A stretch of DNA of 64,000 nucleotides, taken from assembly GCA_963666125.1 (NCBI GenBank), contig OY762633.1, positions 1,474,935-1,538,934 of the forward strand, read 5' to 3'. Numbering within the stretch: position 1 is the first letter of the stretch; each line of letters opens with the position of its first letter. The notes beneath the pieces are model-generated. The model was not told where the DNA came from and searched no databases. It saw only the letters and a list, made by a program, of their open reading frames with translations. This stretch comes from Dehalococcoidia bacterium. GTDB taxonomy: Bacteria; Chloroflexota; Dehalococcoidia; Lucifugimonadales; CAJWER01. The translations under genes were made by a program, and so were the position numbers. This document shows positions 51,375 through 60,232 of the stretch, in pieces.

Positions 51375-51404
51375 TTGACACCCCCGGTAGCTACAAACTA
51401 ATAT
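51375..51404 (+). promoter_or_regulatory. Candidate promoter of rny
   Basis: TTGACA (51375-51380), an 18-nt spacer, then TAATAT (51399-51404). A leader hairpin ggagccg-gactaagga-cggctcc and an AGGAAGG RBS follow. Confidence 0.5.
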
Positions 51405-51466
51405 TCATGCCACGGAGCCGGACTAAGGACGGCTCCCCGGACAATCGAATAGGAAGGTGAGTAGCA

Positions 51467-52996
51467 ATGGAAGCAGCCATTGTCGCTGTACTCGCCGTCC
51501 TGATCGGGTTGGGTTTAGGCGCTGTCGCAGGGTTTCTGGGCCGAAGAATGGTGAGCAGGAACAAGCTCACCGCCGCAGAGCAGGAAGTCTCACGGATACT
51601 GGAGGTTGCCGAGGAGGAACAGAGAAGGCTGGTACTCGAGGGCAAGGAGCAGGCCCTCAGGTTGCAGTCGGAGAGGGACGCGGAGTTTCGTGAGAGAAGA
51701 TCAGAAATCAACCGGTCCGAGAAACGCCTCTCGAGACACGAGGAGAATCTTGACAGACGCGCCACGAACCTGGAGCGCCGAGAGCGCAAGCTTACCGAGA
51801 AGGAACAGGCGGTCGATGCACTTCGAACCGAGCTCGACGGTATCAAGGACAGGGAGGTCGAACACCTAGAAGCGTTATCCAGCCTTTCGATGAGCGAAGC
51901 CCGTTCCGAGCTGATGGAGCGAGCTTCGCTGGAGATCGAGCACGACTTGGCGGTCCACTACAGGGACGCCGAGGAGCGCGCCAGGGAAGAGGCCAGCGAG
52001 AAGGCCCGCACCATAATCTCAGAGGCCATCCAGAGGCTCGCCTCGGAGGTGGTCTCCGAGGTGTCCCTGTCGTCCGTGTCCCTGCCCAACGACGACATGA
52101 AGGGCAGGGTCATCGGCAAAGAGGGCCGCAACATCAGGGCCATCGAGAAGGCCACCGGCGTCGACCTCATCATCGACGACACCCCCGAGGCCATCACCCT
52201 CTCGTGCTTCGACCCGATCCGCAGGGAGGTGGCCCGCCTGTCCATCGTCAAGCTGATAGCGGACGGGCGCATCCACCCAGCCCGCATCGAGGAGACCGTC
52301 GCGCGGACCGAGAAGGAGCTGGCGGAGACCCTCCGCAAGGCGGGCGAGGCGGCCATGATGGACGTGGGCGTCCGCGGCCTGAACGCCGAGCTCATCCGGC
52401 TCCTCGGACGGCTCAAGTACCGGTACAGCTACGGCGAGAACGTACTCCAGCACAGCATTGAGGTCGGGCACCTCTCCGGGCTGATCGCCGCCGAGATCGG
52501 GGCGAACGTCAGGGCGGCGAAGACGGGCGGCCTCCTGCACGACATCGGCAAGGCCCTGACCCACGAGGTTGAGGGCCCCCACGCCGAGATCGGTGCGGAC
52601 GTCGCCACGCGCAACAGGATCCCCAAGCACATCTGCACCGCCATAGCGGAGCACCACGACGACGAGCACAGCAGCCCGGAGTCGTTCATAGTGGCGGCCG
52701 CCGACGCGATCAGCGCGGCCAGGCCCGGCTCGCGCCGCGACACGGCGGAGCACTACATCCAGCGCCTCGAGGCCCTCGAGGATGTGGGCCGGGCATTCGA
52801 CGGCGTCGAGAAGTGCTTCGCGATCCAGGCCGGGCGCGAGATCAGGATCATGGTCAAGCCCCAGGCCGTGGACGACGTTGCCGCGACCAAGATGGCCCGG
52901 GACGTCTCGAAGAAGATCGAGGACACGCTGACCTACCCCGGCCAGATCAAGGTCACGGTAATCCGCGAGTCCCGCTCAGTCGAGTACGCAAGGTAG
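51467..52996 (+). CDS. rny: Ribonuclease Y
   Basis: 509 aa with an N-terminal TM helix, a coiled coil, a KH domain (GRVIGKEGRNIRAIE) and an HD domain (LLHDIGKA..HHDDEH). Confidence 0.93.
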   Translation: MEAAIVAVLAVLIGLGLGAVAGFLGRRMVSRNKLTAAEQEVSRILEVAEEEQRRLVLEGKEQALRLQSERDAEFRERRSEINRSEKRLSRHEENLDRRATNLERRERKLTEKEQAVDALRTELDGIKDREVEHLEALSSLSMSEARSELMERASLEIEHDLAVHYRDAEERAREEASEKARTIISEAIQRLASEVVSEVSLSSVSLPNDDMKGRVIGKEGRNIRAIEKATGVDLIIDDTPEAITLSCFDPIRREVARLSIVKLIADGRIHPARIEETVARTEKELAETLRKAGEAAMMDVGVRGLNAELIRLLGRLKYRYSYGENVLQHSIEVGHLSGLIAAEIGANVRAAKTGGLLHDIGKALTHEVEGPHAEIGADVATRNRIPKHICTAIAEHHDDEHSSPESFIVAAADAISAARPGSRRDTAEHYIQRLEALEDVGRAFDGVEKCFAIQAGREIRIMVKPQAVDDVAATKMARDVSKKIEDTLTYPGQIKVTVIRESRSVEYAR

Positions 52997-53095
52997 AAGG
53001 GACCCGGTCGGCGACCTGTGAAAAGCGGCCGGCGGTCATCCGACCACACCGTCGTTCCCGCGGAGGCGGGAACCTACCCCCGCGTGCGGCATTAG

Positions 53096-53962
53096 ATGGT
53101 CCAGGCAGACCTGCACCTGCACACGACCTTCTCGGACGGCAACCTCACGCCGACCCAGATGGTGGAGTTGTGCGCCGACCGCGGCCTGCGGTACGCCGCA
53201 ATCACCGACCACGACTCGACGGAGGGCGTAGCCGAGGCGCTCCGGGCCGCCAGGCGCTTCCCTGGCCTCGAGATCATCGTCGGCGTGGAGCTCAGCACCG
53301 ACGTGCAGGATGCCGAGATACACCTGCTCGGGTACTTCGTCGACCATGAAGACGATGACTTCCAGGGCACTCTGAACACGTTCCGAGACGGCAGGGAAGG
53401 CCGCGCCCGCCGAATGGTGGAGCGGCTCGGGGAACTGGGCGTGCCGGTGTCGTGGGAGAGGGTCGAGGAGCTGTCCGACGGCGGCGCCATCGGCAGGCCT
53501 CACATAGCCCAGACGATGGTCGAGGCGGGCTACGTCGAGTACCCGAAGGACGCCTTCGACAGGTACCTCGGCCGCAATGGCCCGGCGTATGTGGAGCGGG
53601 CCAGGATGACCCCCGCCGAGGCCGTGCGTATGCTCGTGGCGAACGGCGCGGTCCCCGTGATGGCCCACCCCACCTTCTCGGTCCCCCGTATGGACGCGGA
53701 GGGCATCGCGGAGCTGAAACGGGTCCTGGCCGAGCTCAGGAACGAGGGTCTTGCGGGCATGGAAGTCTACTACGGCGTGTATGAGCCCGAAGTCGTCGCC
53801 CTCCTGAAGTCGATGGCCGACGAGATGGGCCTGATACCGTGCGGAGGCAGCGACTACCACGCCTCGGGCAACCCCGGCGAGGCCCGCCCGGGCGAGGTGG
53901 GCCCTCCGGCGTCGTCGGTCGAGGCCCTTAGGGCGGCACAGGCCGACCTCGTTCGGCGCTGA
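53096..53962 (+). CDS. PHP-domain metal-dependent phosphoesterase (TrpH/YciV-like)
   Basis: 288 aa. The sequence MVQADLHLHTTFSDGNLTP..AITDHDS..MAHP..GGSDYHA matches PHP His/Asp motifs. Confidence 0.85.
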   Translation: MVQADLHLHTTFSDGNLTPTQMVELCADRGLRYAAITDHDSTEGVAEALRAARRFPGLEIIVGVELSTDVQDAEIHLLGYFVDHEDDDFQGTLNTFRDGREGRARRMVERLGELGVPVSWERVEELSDGGAIGRPHIAQTMVEAGYVEYPKDAFDRYLGRNGPAYVERARMTPAEAVRMLVANGAVPVMAHPTFSVPRMDAEGIAELKRVLAELRNEGLAGMEVYYGVYEPEVVALLKSMADEMGLIPCGGSDYHASGNPGEARPGEVGPPASSVEALRAAQADLVRR

Positions 53963-53971
53963 GGAATACGC

Positions 53972-54646
53972 ATGACAGCCGTCGCACTAGTCGCAGCGGC
54001 CTACCTTCTCGGCTCCATACCCTCCGCCTTTCTCCTGGCCCGTTACCTGAGGGGCATCGACATCCGGGACTACGGGTCCGGAAACGTAGGCGCGTCGAAC
54101 GTCATGGAGCACGTGGGCCTGCGGACCGGCATAGCGCTGGGTGTGTTCGACACGCTGTTCAAGGGTACAATGCCCGTGGTCGCCGCCAATCTCATGGGAC
54201 AGAGCCTGGCCGTCCAGGCGGCGGTCGGCATAGCGTCCGTCGCGGGCCACAACTGGTCGGCGTACCTGAAGCTGACCGGAGGACGGGGCATATCCATATG
54301 CATCGGCGTACTGCTCGGTATGGGACTCTGGATAGAGTTGGCGGTCGGCCTGCTTCTGATCGGGCTCATGGGCCGCGTCGTCATGAAGGACACGGGCATA
54401 TGGTCGCTGGTATCCTTCGTAGCGCTGCCGGTCGCAGCGATTCTCGCCGGGCGTGATCCCGAGGTGGCGTACATGCTGGGGGGGATGGCCCTTATGCTCA
54501 TGCTCAAGCGCCTGACAGCGAACTGGGAGCGGCCCTCGACCGAGCGCTACGGGCTAGCGCGCGTCCTGCTGCACCGCTTCCTGTGGGACAGGGACGTGCC
54601 CAGGCAGGAGGCATGGACGGGCCGAATGCCGCAGGACGGGAGGTAG
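53972..54646 (+). CDS. plsY: Glycerol-3-phosphate acyltransferase PlsY
   Basis: 224 aa. AAYLLGSIPSAFLLARYL..DIRDYGSGNVGASNV matches the PlsY signature (GSGNxGATN-like). Confidence 0.9.
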   Translation: MTAVALVAAAYLLGSIPSAFLLARYLRGIDIRDYGSGNVGASNVMEHVGLRTGIALGVFDTLFKGTMPVVAANLMGQSLAVQAAVGIASVAGHNWSAYLKLTGGRGISICIGVLLGMGLWIELAVGLLLIGLMGRVVMKDTGIWSLVSFVALPVAAILAGRDPEVAYMLGGMALMLMLKRLTANWERPSTERYGLARVLLHRFLWDRDVPRQEAWTGRMPQDGR

Positions 54647-54650
54647 TCGA

Positions 54651-55151
54651 ATGGCCGGGGAGCGCGCGCCCACCTACTGCGCGATGCATTCGGAGACACC
54701 GACGAACCTACGGTGCAGCCGCTGCGACAAGCCGGTCTGCCCCCAGTGCATGGTCCAGGCCCCCGTCGGGATCCGCTGCCAGGAGCACGGCCAGCCCGCC
54801 AAGCTCCCCACGTACGACGTATCGGCCGGATACATCGTGCGCGGAGTCGCGGCGGGCGTCGGCATCGGCCTCCTGGGGGGACTCATCCTGGGAATTGTCG
54901 GGGCGTTCACCAACCTGTTCTTCATCCCGTACGTGTTCACGCTGGCCATGGTGGGGCTGGGCTACCTGGTCGGCGAGGGCATAAGCAGGGCCACCAACAA
55001 GAAGCGGGGCCAGCCCCTCGTCATAGCGGCGGTCGTCGGCGTCCTCGCGGCCTTCGCCATTGTGACCGCATTTTCCGGGCTCCAGCTCAACCTGTTCGAC
55101 CTCATAGCCCTGGGAATCGCCATCTTCCTCGCGATTCAACGGGTCCGCTAG
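54651..55151 (+). CDS. Membrane protein with N-terminal B-box/zinc-ribbon-like Cys/His cluster
   Basis: 166 aa. The cluster CAMHSETPTNLRCSRCDKPVCPQCMVQAPVGIRCQEH is followed by 3-4 hydrophobic helices. Confidence 0.55.
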   Translation: MAGERAPTYCAMHSETPTNLRCSRCDKPVCPQCMVQAPVGIRCQEHGQPAKLPTYDVSAGYIVRGVAAGVGIGLLGGLILGIVGAFTNLFFIPYVFTLAMVGLGYLVGEGISRATNKKRGQPLVIAAVVGVLAAFAIVTAFSGLQLNLFDLIALGIAIFLAIQRVR

Positions 55152-55162
55152 CTGACGGGCTA

Positions 55163-55210
55163 TTGACAGGCCGCGATCCTGATGGTACATTTGTTTCGCA
55201 CATAAGTACC
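55163..55210 (+). promoter_or_regulatory. Candidate lexA promoter with overlapping imperfect palindrome (possible SOS operator)
   Basis: TTGACA (55163-55168), a 17-nt spacer, then TACATT (55186-55191). The palindrome GGTACATTTGTTTCGCACATAAGTACC (55184-55210) has GTAC ends and GTAC-N4-GT(T/G) half-sites on both strands. Confidence 0.45.
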
Positions 55211-55235
55211 TTGCCCCCAGTATAGGAGATTGCCC

Positions 55236-55889
55236 ATGCCACGAGTCAGGTCGAAGAAGCTATCGGACCGCCAGAAGCGGATGCTGGCGTTCATCGCGGA
55301 TTTCATCGACGAGCACCACTACCCGCCGACGGTGAGGGACATCCAGCACGGATGCGAGGTCAGCTCGACCTCGGTCGTGGACTACAACCTGAGGATCCTC
55401 CAGCGCGAGGGACACCTGAAGCGCACCGCCGAGGTGTCGAGGAGCATCGAGCTGCTAGGCAAGTCGGCGCCCAAGCGCGACAACCTGATCGCCGTGCCCG
55501 TCCTGAGCAGCATCGCCGCGGGCGAGCCCCTGCACATTCCCCCCTCATCCGCCTGGCGGCAGGAGGCGCTGGACACGGTCGAGGTCCCGGCCTTCATGAC
55601 CGGGGGCAAGACCGACGTGTTCGGGCTGAGGGTCAAGGGCGAGTCGATGATCGACGCCCTCGTGGCCGACGGCGACCTGGTAATCATGGAGCCGGCGGAC
55701 AACGTGAACGACGGCGACATGGTAGCGGCGTTCCTGGAGGACAGGGAAGAGGTGACCCTGAAGCACTTCCAGATGTCCAACGGCACCGTCACGCTCCACC
55801 CGGCAAACTCGACCATGGAGCCTATCGAAGTGCCCGCCGAGAACGTGTCGGTCCGCGGCCGGGTCGTCGGCGTCATCAGGACCGTCTGA
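55236..55889 (+). CDS. lexA: LexA repressor (S24 peptidase)
   Basis: ATG 55236 lies 7 nt after AGGAG; the track starts at TTG 55230. The wHTH is LSDRQKRMLAFIADFIDEHHYPPTVRDI. The cleavage and S24 region reads AAGEP..VKGESMIDA..GDLVIMEP. Confidence 0.9.
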   Translation: MPRVRSKKLSDRQKRMLAFIADFIDEHHYPPTVRDIQHGCEVSSTSVVDYNLRILQREGHLKRTAEVSRSIELLGKSAPKRDNLIAVPVLSSIAAGEPLHIPPSSAWRQEALDTVEVPAFMTGGKTDVFGLRVKGESMIDALVADGDLVIMEPADNVNDGDMVAAFLEDREEVTLKHFQMSNGTVTLHPANSTMEPIEVPAENVSVRGRVVGVIRTV

Positions 55890-55936
55890 GCTACGGCGTC
55901 GCAACCTTCTTAGCAAGGCATCCCTTGAACCTCGAG

Positions 55937-57118
55937 ATGCGCGTGATCGCGCACGACGAGTACGCGGAGTTCATGACCGCCGCCGCGCGGGGTTTCGCCT
56001 GGCACTGGGACGAGGCGACCGCCGAGCCGCCCAAGCCCGACCAGGACCGCTCGCTGGCCGTGTTCGACGGCGGCAAGATCGTCGGAACGGCCCACGCCTT
56101 CGGGTGCCGCATGAACATACCCGGTGGCGACGCGGCCACTGGCGGCGTGGACGACGTGGCAGTGCTCCCCACCCACCGGCGGCGCGGCATCATGCGGATG
56201 ATGATGGCTTGGCAGATGGAGGACTTCCGCGAACGGGGTGAGCCCTTCGCCGCCCTATACGCGACCGAGAGCATCATATACGGGCGCTACGGCTACGGCA
56301 TTGCGACGGTCGAGGAGAGCTGGTCCATCGACACCAGGCACTCCGCGTACGCGCAGCCTTTCGAGCACAGGGGGCGGCTGTCCTTCGTCGAGCCGGACGC
56401 CGTCCCCGAGATCTGCCCACCCATCCTGGCAAGGGCCCTGAAAGACCGCCCGGGCTCCATACCCCCTACTCCGCACAGGTGGCAGCGGATAGCCAGGAGC
56501 CGGCAGAGCCAGCAAGAGAGCGCCGCGTTCTTTCACGTTCTGTACGAGGAGGACGGCAGGACGGAGGGGTACGTCCGGTACACCATTGAAGACGACGAGG
56601 TCGTGGTCGACGTGGGAGGACTGATCTGGGCTACGCCGTCCGCCCATGCGGCCCTCTGGCGCTTCTGCCTCGACATCGACCTCACCTGGAAGGTGAAGGC
56701 CGGATGCCTGCCAGCCGACGACCCGTTGACGTGGATGCTTGCGGACCCGAGGCGGCTCTCGCGCAGGACCCACGACGGGCTGTGGATACGCCTGGTTGAC
56801 GTGCCGGCCGCCCTGGCCGCCCGAAGCTACGGAGCGCCCGGCTCCCTGGTCATCGGGGTGGCGGACCCGTTCTGCCCGTGGAACGAGGGGCGCTACGAGC
56901 TGGAAGCCGGGCCGGACGGCGCGACCTGCTCCCGGACCTCCAGGGCGCCCGATCTGGCGCTGTCGGCGGGAGACCTGGCGTCCGCGTACCTGGGCGCAGT
57001 GCCCTTCACCCTGCTGGGCAGGGCGGGCAGGGTCGAAGAGCTTGCCGGGGGATCGCTGTCGATGGCGGACGCGATGTTCGCCACGGCGCTCAAGCCGTGG
57101 AGCGCCTTCCACTTCTAG
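55937..57118 (+). CDS. Eis-like GNAT N-acetyltransferase with C-terminal SCP2-like domain
   Basis: The track ORF 55352-57118 is trimmed to the Met of MRVIAHDEYAEFM. Its upstream part overlaps lexA out of frame. The GNAT core reads VAVLPTHRRRGIMRMMM and is followed by ALYATESIIYGRYGYG. Confidence 0.8.
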   Translation: MRVIAHDEYAEFMTAAARGFAWHWDEATAEPPKPDQDRSLAVFDGGKIVGTAHAFGCRMNIPGGDAATGGVDDVAVLPTHRRRGIMRMMMAWQMEDFRERGEPFAALYATESIIYGRYGYGIATVEESWSIDTRHSAYAQPFEHRGRLSFVEPDAVPEICPPILARALKDRPGSIPPTPHRWQRIARSRQSQQESAAFFHVLYEEDGRTEGYVRYTIEDDEVVVDVGGLIWATPSAHAALWRFCLDIDLTWKVKAGCLPADDPLTWMLADPRRLSRRTHDGLWIRLVDVPAALAARSYGAPGSLVIGVADPFCPWNEGRYELEAGPDGATCSRTSRAPDLALSAGDLASAYLGAVPFTLLGRAGRVEELAGGSLSMADAMFATALKPWSAFHF

Positions 57119-57135
57119 TGCTTCCACTTCTAGTG
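57106..57135 (+). repeat. Perfect 15-bp tandem duplication spanning the stop codon of the GNAT gene
   Basis: cttccacttctagtg occurs twice, at 57106-57120 and 57121-57135. The first copy holds the TAG at 57116-57118. Confidence 0.9.
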
Positions 57136-57172
57136 TAGGATACCTTGACCGGACTTATCCAGAGGTATCGGA

Positions 57173-58909
57173 ATGGTCATAGATCAGGACTTGGCAGAGC
57201 TTAGAACACGCATCAGGCACTCTACGGCCCACGTCATGGCCGACGTGGTGACGCGGATGTTCCCCGGGACCCGGCTTGCAATCGGGCCCCCTACGGAGGA
57301 CGGGTTCTACTACGACTTCCTGTCGAGCGAGCCCTTCACCAACGACGACCTCGGCGCCATCGAGAAGGCGATGCGGAAGACGATCGCCGAGGACCTGGCC
57401 TTCGAGCTGCACGAGTACCCGAAGGAACAGGCGCTCGACATGAACGCCGACGAGCCGCTGAAGCTGGAGATCATCCACGAGATCCCGGAAGGCGAGCCGA
57501 TCACCACGTACAGGCACGGCGGGTTCGAGGACCTGTGCGCGGGGCCTCACGTAGACTCGACGGGCGGGATCCCCGCCTTCAAGCTCCTGAGCGTGGCGGG
57601 CGCATACTGGAGGGGCGACGAGAACCGCGAATCGCTGCAGCGCATCTACGGGACGGCCTTCGAGTCCCAGGACGCGCTCGACGAGCACCTGCACAGGCTG
57701 GAGGAGGCCGGGCGACGCGACCACCGGACGCTGGGAAGGGACCTGGACCTCTTCTCCATACACGACGAGACGGGGCCCGGCCTCATCGTGTGGCACCCCA
57801 AGGGCGCGCGGGTACGCGGGCTGATCGAGGACTTCTGGAAGCAGGAGCACTACGCATGGGGCTACGACCTGGTCTACACGCCCCACATCGGGCGCTCGAC
57901 CCTGTGGGAGACGAGCGGACACCTCGAGTTCTTCAGGGAAAACATGTTCGCCAACATCGACATGGAGGGCCAGGACTACTATCTCAAGCCCATGAACTGC
58001 CCCTTCCACATCCTCTACTACAAGACTGGCCTGCGGAGCTACCGCGACCTGCCCATGCGCGTCGGAGAGATCGGCACCGTGTACCGGTACGAGCGAGGCG
58101 GCGTGCTCCACGGCCTGACGCGAGTTCGAGGACTGACACAGGACGACGCCCACATCTTCTGCAGGCCGGACCAGGTCGAGTCCGAGATCGACGGCGTCCT
58201 GGACCTCACCTTTCACCTGCTGCGAAGCTTTGGACTCGACCAGTACGAGCTCATGCTCTCCACCCGGCCCGAAAAGGCGGTGGGCGCGGACGAGCAGTGG
58301 GAGCTGGCCACGGAATCGCTGCGCCGAACGCTCCACGCACGCGGGTTGGAGTTCGATATCGACGAGGGGGGCGGGGCGTTCTACGGGCCAAAGATCGACA
58401 TCAACATCCGTGACGCCATCGGGCGCGAGTGGCAGTGCACCACGGTCCAGTTCGACTTCAACCTGCCCGAACGCTTCGGCCTGCGGTACATCGGCGAAGA
58501 CGGCCGCGAGCACCAGCCCTACATGGTCCACCGCGCACTCCTCGGATCCATGGAGCGGTTCATGGGAGTGATGATCGAGCACTACGGCGGGGCTTTCCCC
58601 GTGTGGCTTGCGCCGGTGCAGGCCATGGTGATCCCGATAGCGGACCGCCACAACGAATACGCGCAGCAGATCAGGGCGCGGCTCGAGCAGTCGACCGTGC
58701 GCGCCGCGGTCGACGACGGGAACGACCGCATGAACGCCAAGATCCGCAACGCCCAGGTGCAAAAGGTGCCCTACATGCTGGTGGTGGGCGACCGCGAGGT
58801 GGAATCGGGCGGGGCGTCCGTGCGGCTGCGGTCTGGGAAGAACCTGGGAGCGATGAGCATAGAGGATACCGTCGCCAGGATCACCGAGGACGTCGAATCA
58901 AGACAGTGA
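57173..58909 (+). CDS. thrS: Threonine--tRNA ligase (lacks the N-terminal TGS domain)
   Basis: 578 aa. It begins in the editing/SAD region (RHSTAHVMADVVTRMFPGTRLAIGPPTEDGFYYDF). Class II motifs are YRYERGGVLHGLTRVRGLTQDDAH and FYGPKID. The C-terminus is an anticodon-binding domain. Confidence 0.93.
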   Translation: MVIDQDLAELRTRIRHSTAHVMADVVTRMFPGTRLAIGPPTEDGFYYDFLSSEPFTNDDLGAIEKAMRKTIAEDLAFELHEYPKEQALDMNADEPLKLEIIHEIPEGEPITTYRHGGFEDLCAGPHVDSTGGIPAFKLLSVAGAYWRGDENRESLQRIYGTAFESQDALDEHLHRLEEAGRRDHRTLGRDLDLFSIHDETGPGLIVWHPKGARVRGLIEDFWKQEHYAWGYDLVYTPHIGRSTLWETSGHLEFFRENMFANIDMEGQDYYLKPMNCPFHILYYKTGLRSYRDLPMRVGEIGTVYRYERGGVLHGLTRVRGLTQDDAHIFCRPDQVESEIDGVLDLTFHLLRSFGLDQYELMLSTRPEKAVGADEQWELATESLRRTLHARGLEFDIDEGGGAFYGPKIDINIRDAIGREWQCTTVQFDFNLPERFGLRYIGEDGREHQPYMVHRALLGSMERFMGVMIEHYGGAFPVWLAPVQAMVIPIADRHNEYAQQIRARLEQSTVRAAVDDGNDRMNAKIRNAQVQKVPYMLVVGDREVESGGASVRLRSGKNLGAMSIEDTVARITEDVESRQ

Positions 58910-59018
58910 TAGCGAAAATATGGGCCTCCGGCGCTATTGTTGCGGGCGCGTGTCTTATGCTATATTCAATGGCGCTCGCCGAACAGGCGCCGACGTAGAC
59001 CGGGATGAGGGTAGCCGC

Positions 59019-59597
59019 ATAGCCAAGGAGTATCGGACCAACGATAGGATCAGGATACCGGAGGTACTCCTGATCGACGAGAGGGGCTCGCAGCTGGGCG
59101 TCATGCCCACGCGCGAGGCGCTCCGGCTCGCCGAGGAGCGCAGCCTCGACCTCGTGGAGGTGGCCCCATCAGCCAGGCCGCCCGTGTGCCGGATCATGGA
59201 CTACGGCAAGTTCCGGTACGAGGTGACGCGCCGGGAGCGGGAGGCGCGCCGTGACAACAAGTCGAGGGGCGCGACGAACGAGCTGAAGGAGGTCAGGTTC
59301 AAGACCCGCATCGGAGACCACGACAGGGAGGCTAAGACGCGGGTCGTCCGGCGGCTGCTCGGCGAAGGGGCCAAGGTGAAGGTCTCGGTGATGTTCAGGG
59401 GAAGGGAGATCACCCACCCGGAGATCGGGATGCAGGTCCTGAGAAAGGTTGCCGAGGACCTCAAGGAAGATGCTAAAGTAGAAAAGGTGCCGGGATTCGA
59501 GGGGCGCTTCCTGTCGATGATAGTGAGCCCGGCCAAGAAGAGACAGTCCCAGCCCAAGCAGACGAAGACACCGGAGCCAGCAAGTGCCCAAGCTTAA
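59019..59597 (+). CDS. infC: Translation initiation factor IF-3 (probable non-AUG start)
   Basis: The track ORF begins at ATG 58920, but its first 33 aa (MGLRRYCCGRV..) are not IF-3-like. An in-frame ATA at 59019 follows GAGGG. The product IAKEYRTNDRIRIPEVLLIDERGSQLGVM..VCRIMDYGKFRYE matches the IF-3 N-terminus. The start is uncertain. Confidence 0.8.
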   Translation: MAKEYRTNDRIRIPEVLLIDERGSQLGVMPTREALRLAEERSLDLVEVAPSARPPVCRIMDYGKFRYEVTRREREARRDNKSRGATNELKEVRFKTRIGDHDREAKTRVVRRLLGEGAKVKVSVMFRGREITHPEIGMQVLRKVAEDLKEDAKVEKVPGFEGRFLSMIVSPAKKRQSQPKQTKTPEPASAQA

Positions 59598-59790
59598 GAC
59601 ACACAAGGGATCTGCCCGTCGATTCCGCATCACAGGGACGGGAAAGCTGCGCCGCATGAAGGGGCACAGGAGCCACCTTCGCAGGAAGAAGCCCGCCAAC
59701 GTCAGGCGCCTCTACTCGCAAAAGCTGGAGGTCTCGCCCGGCGACGAGAGGCGCGTGCGCAAGCTCCTTCCATACGGACTGCCCGACTAG
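59584..59790 (+). CDS. rpmI: 50S ribosomal protein L35
   Basis: 68 aa with a GTG start: (M)PKLKTHKGSARRFRITGTGKLRRMKGHRSHL. It overlaps the infC end by 14 nt. Confidence 0.93.
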   Translation: MPKLKTHKGSARRFRITGTGKLRRMKGHRSHLRRKKPANVRRLYSQKLEVSPGDERRVRKLLPYGLPD

Positions 59791-59831
59791 CCCCCTGCCC
59801 GACACCACCCACACAGGACCAGGAGCCACCC

Positions 59832-60200
59832 GTGACCAGGATCAAGAGCGGTACCACACGACGCCGTCGCCACAAGAAGGTGCTGAAGCAGACGCGCGGA
59901 CACCAGGGCGTCCGCCACACCCTGTACAGCCGCGCGAGGGAGTCCCTCATCCACGCCCTGAAGTACTCCTACGCCCACCGCAGGAAGAAGAAGGGCGACA
60001 TGCGGCGGCTCTGGACGATCAGGATCAACGCGGCCGCCCGCGCGAACGGCCTGTCGTACAGCCAGCTCATGCACGGGCTGCGGCTCGCGGACGTGCAGGT
60101 GAACCGCAAGGTGCTGGCCGACCTCGCCCTCAACGACCCCGATGCCTTCGCCCAGATCGCAAGCCGGTCCAAGGCCAGCCTGATGGACGCCGCCGCCTGA
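59832..60200 (+). CDS. rplT: 50S ribosomal protein L20
   Basis: 122 aa with a GTG start after AGGAG. The sequence includes TRIKSGTTRRRRHKKVLKQTRG..RRLWTIRINAAAR. Confidence 0.95.
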   Translation: MTRIKSGTTRRRRHKKVLKQTRGHQGVRHTLYSRARESLIHALKYSYAHRRKKKGDMRRLWTIRINAAARANGLSYSQLMHGLRLADVQVNRKVLADLALNDPDAFAQIASRSKASLMDAAA

Positions 60201-60232
60201 CGCGCCCTCGCTCGATCCGTCACGGCGGCTCC

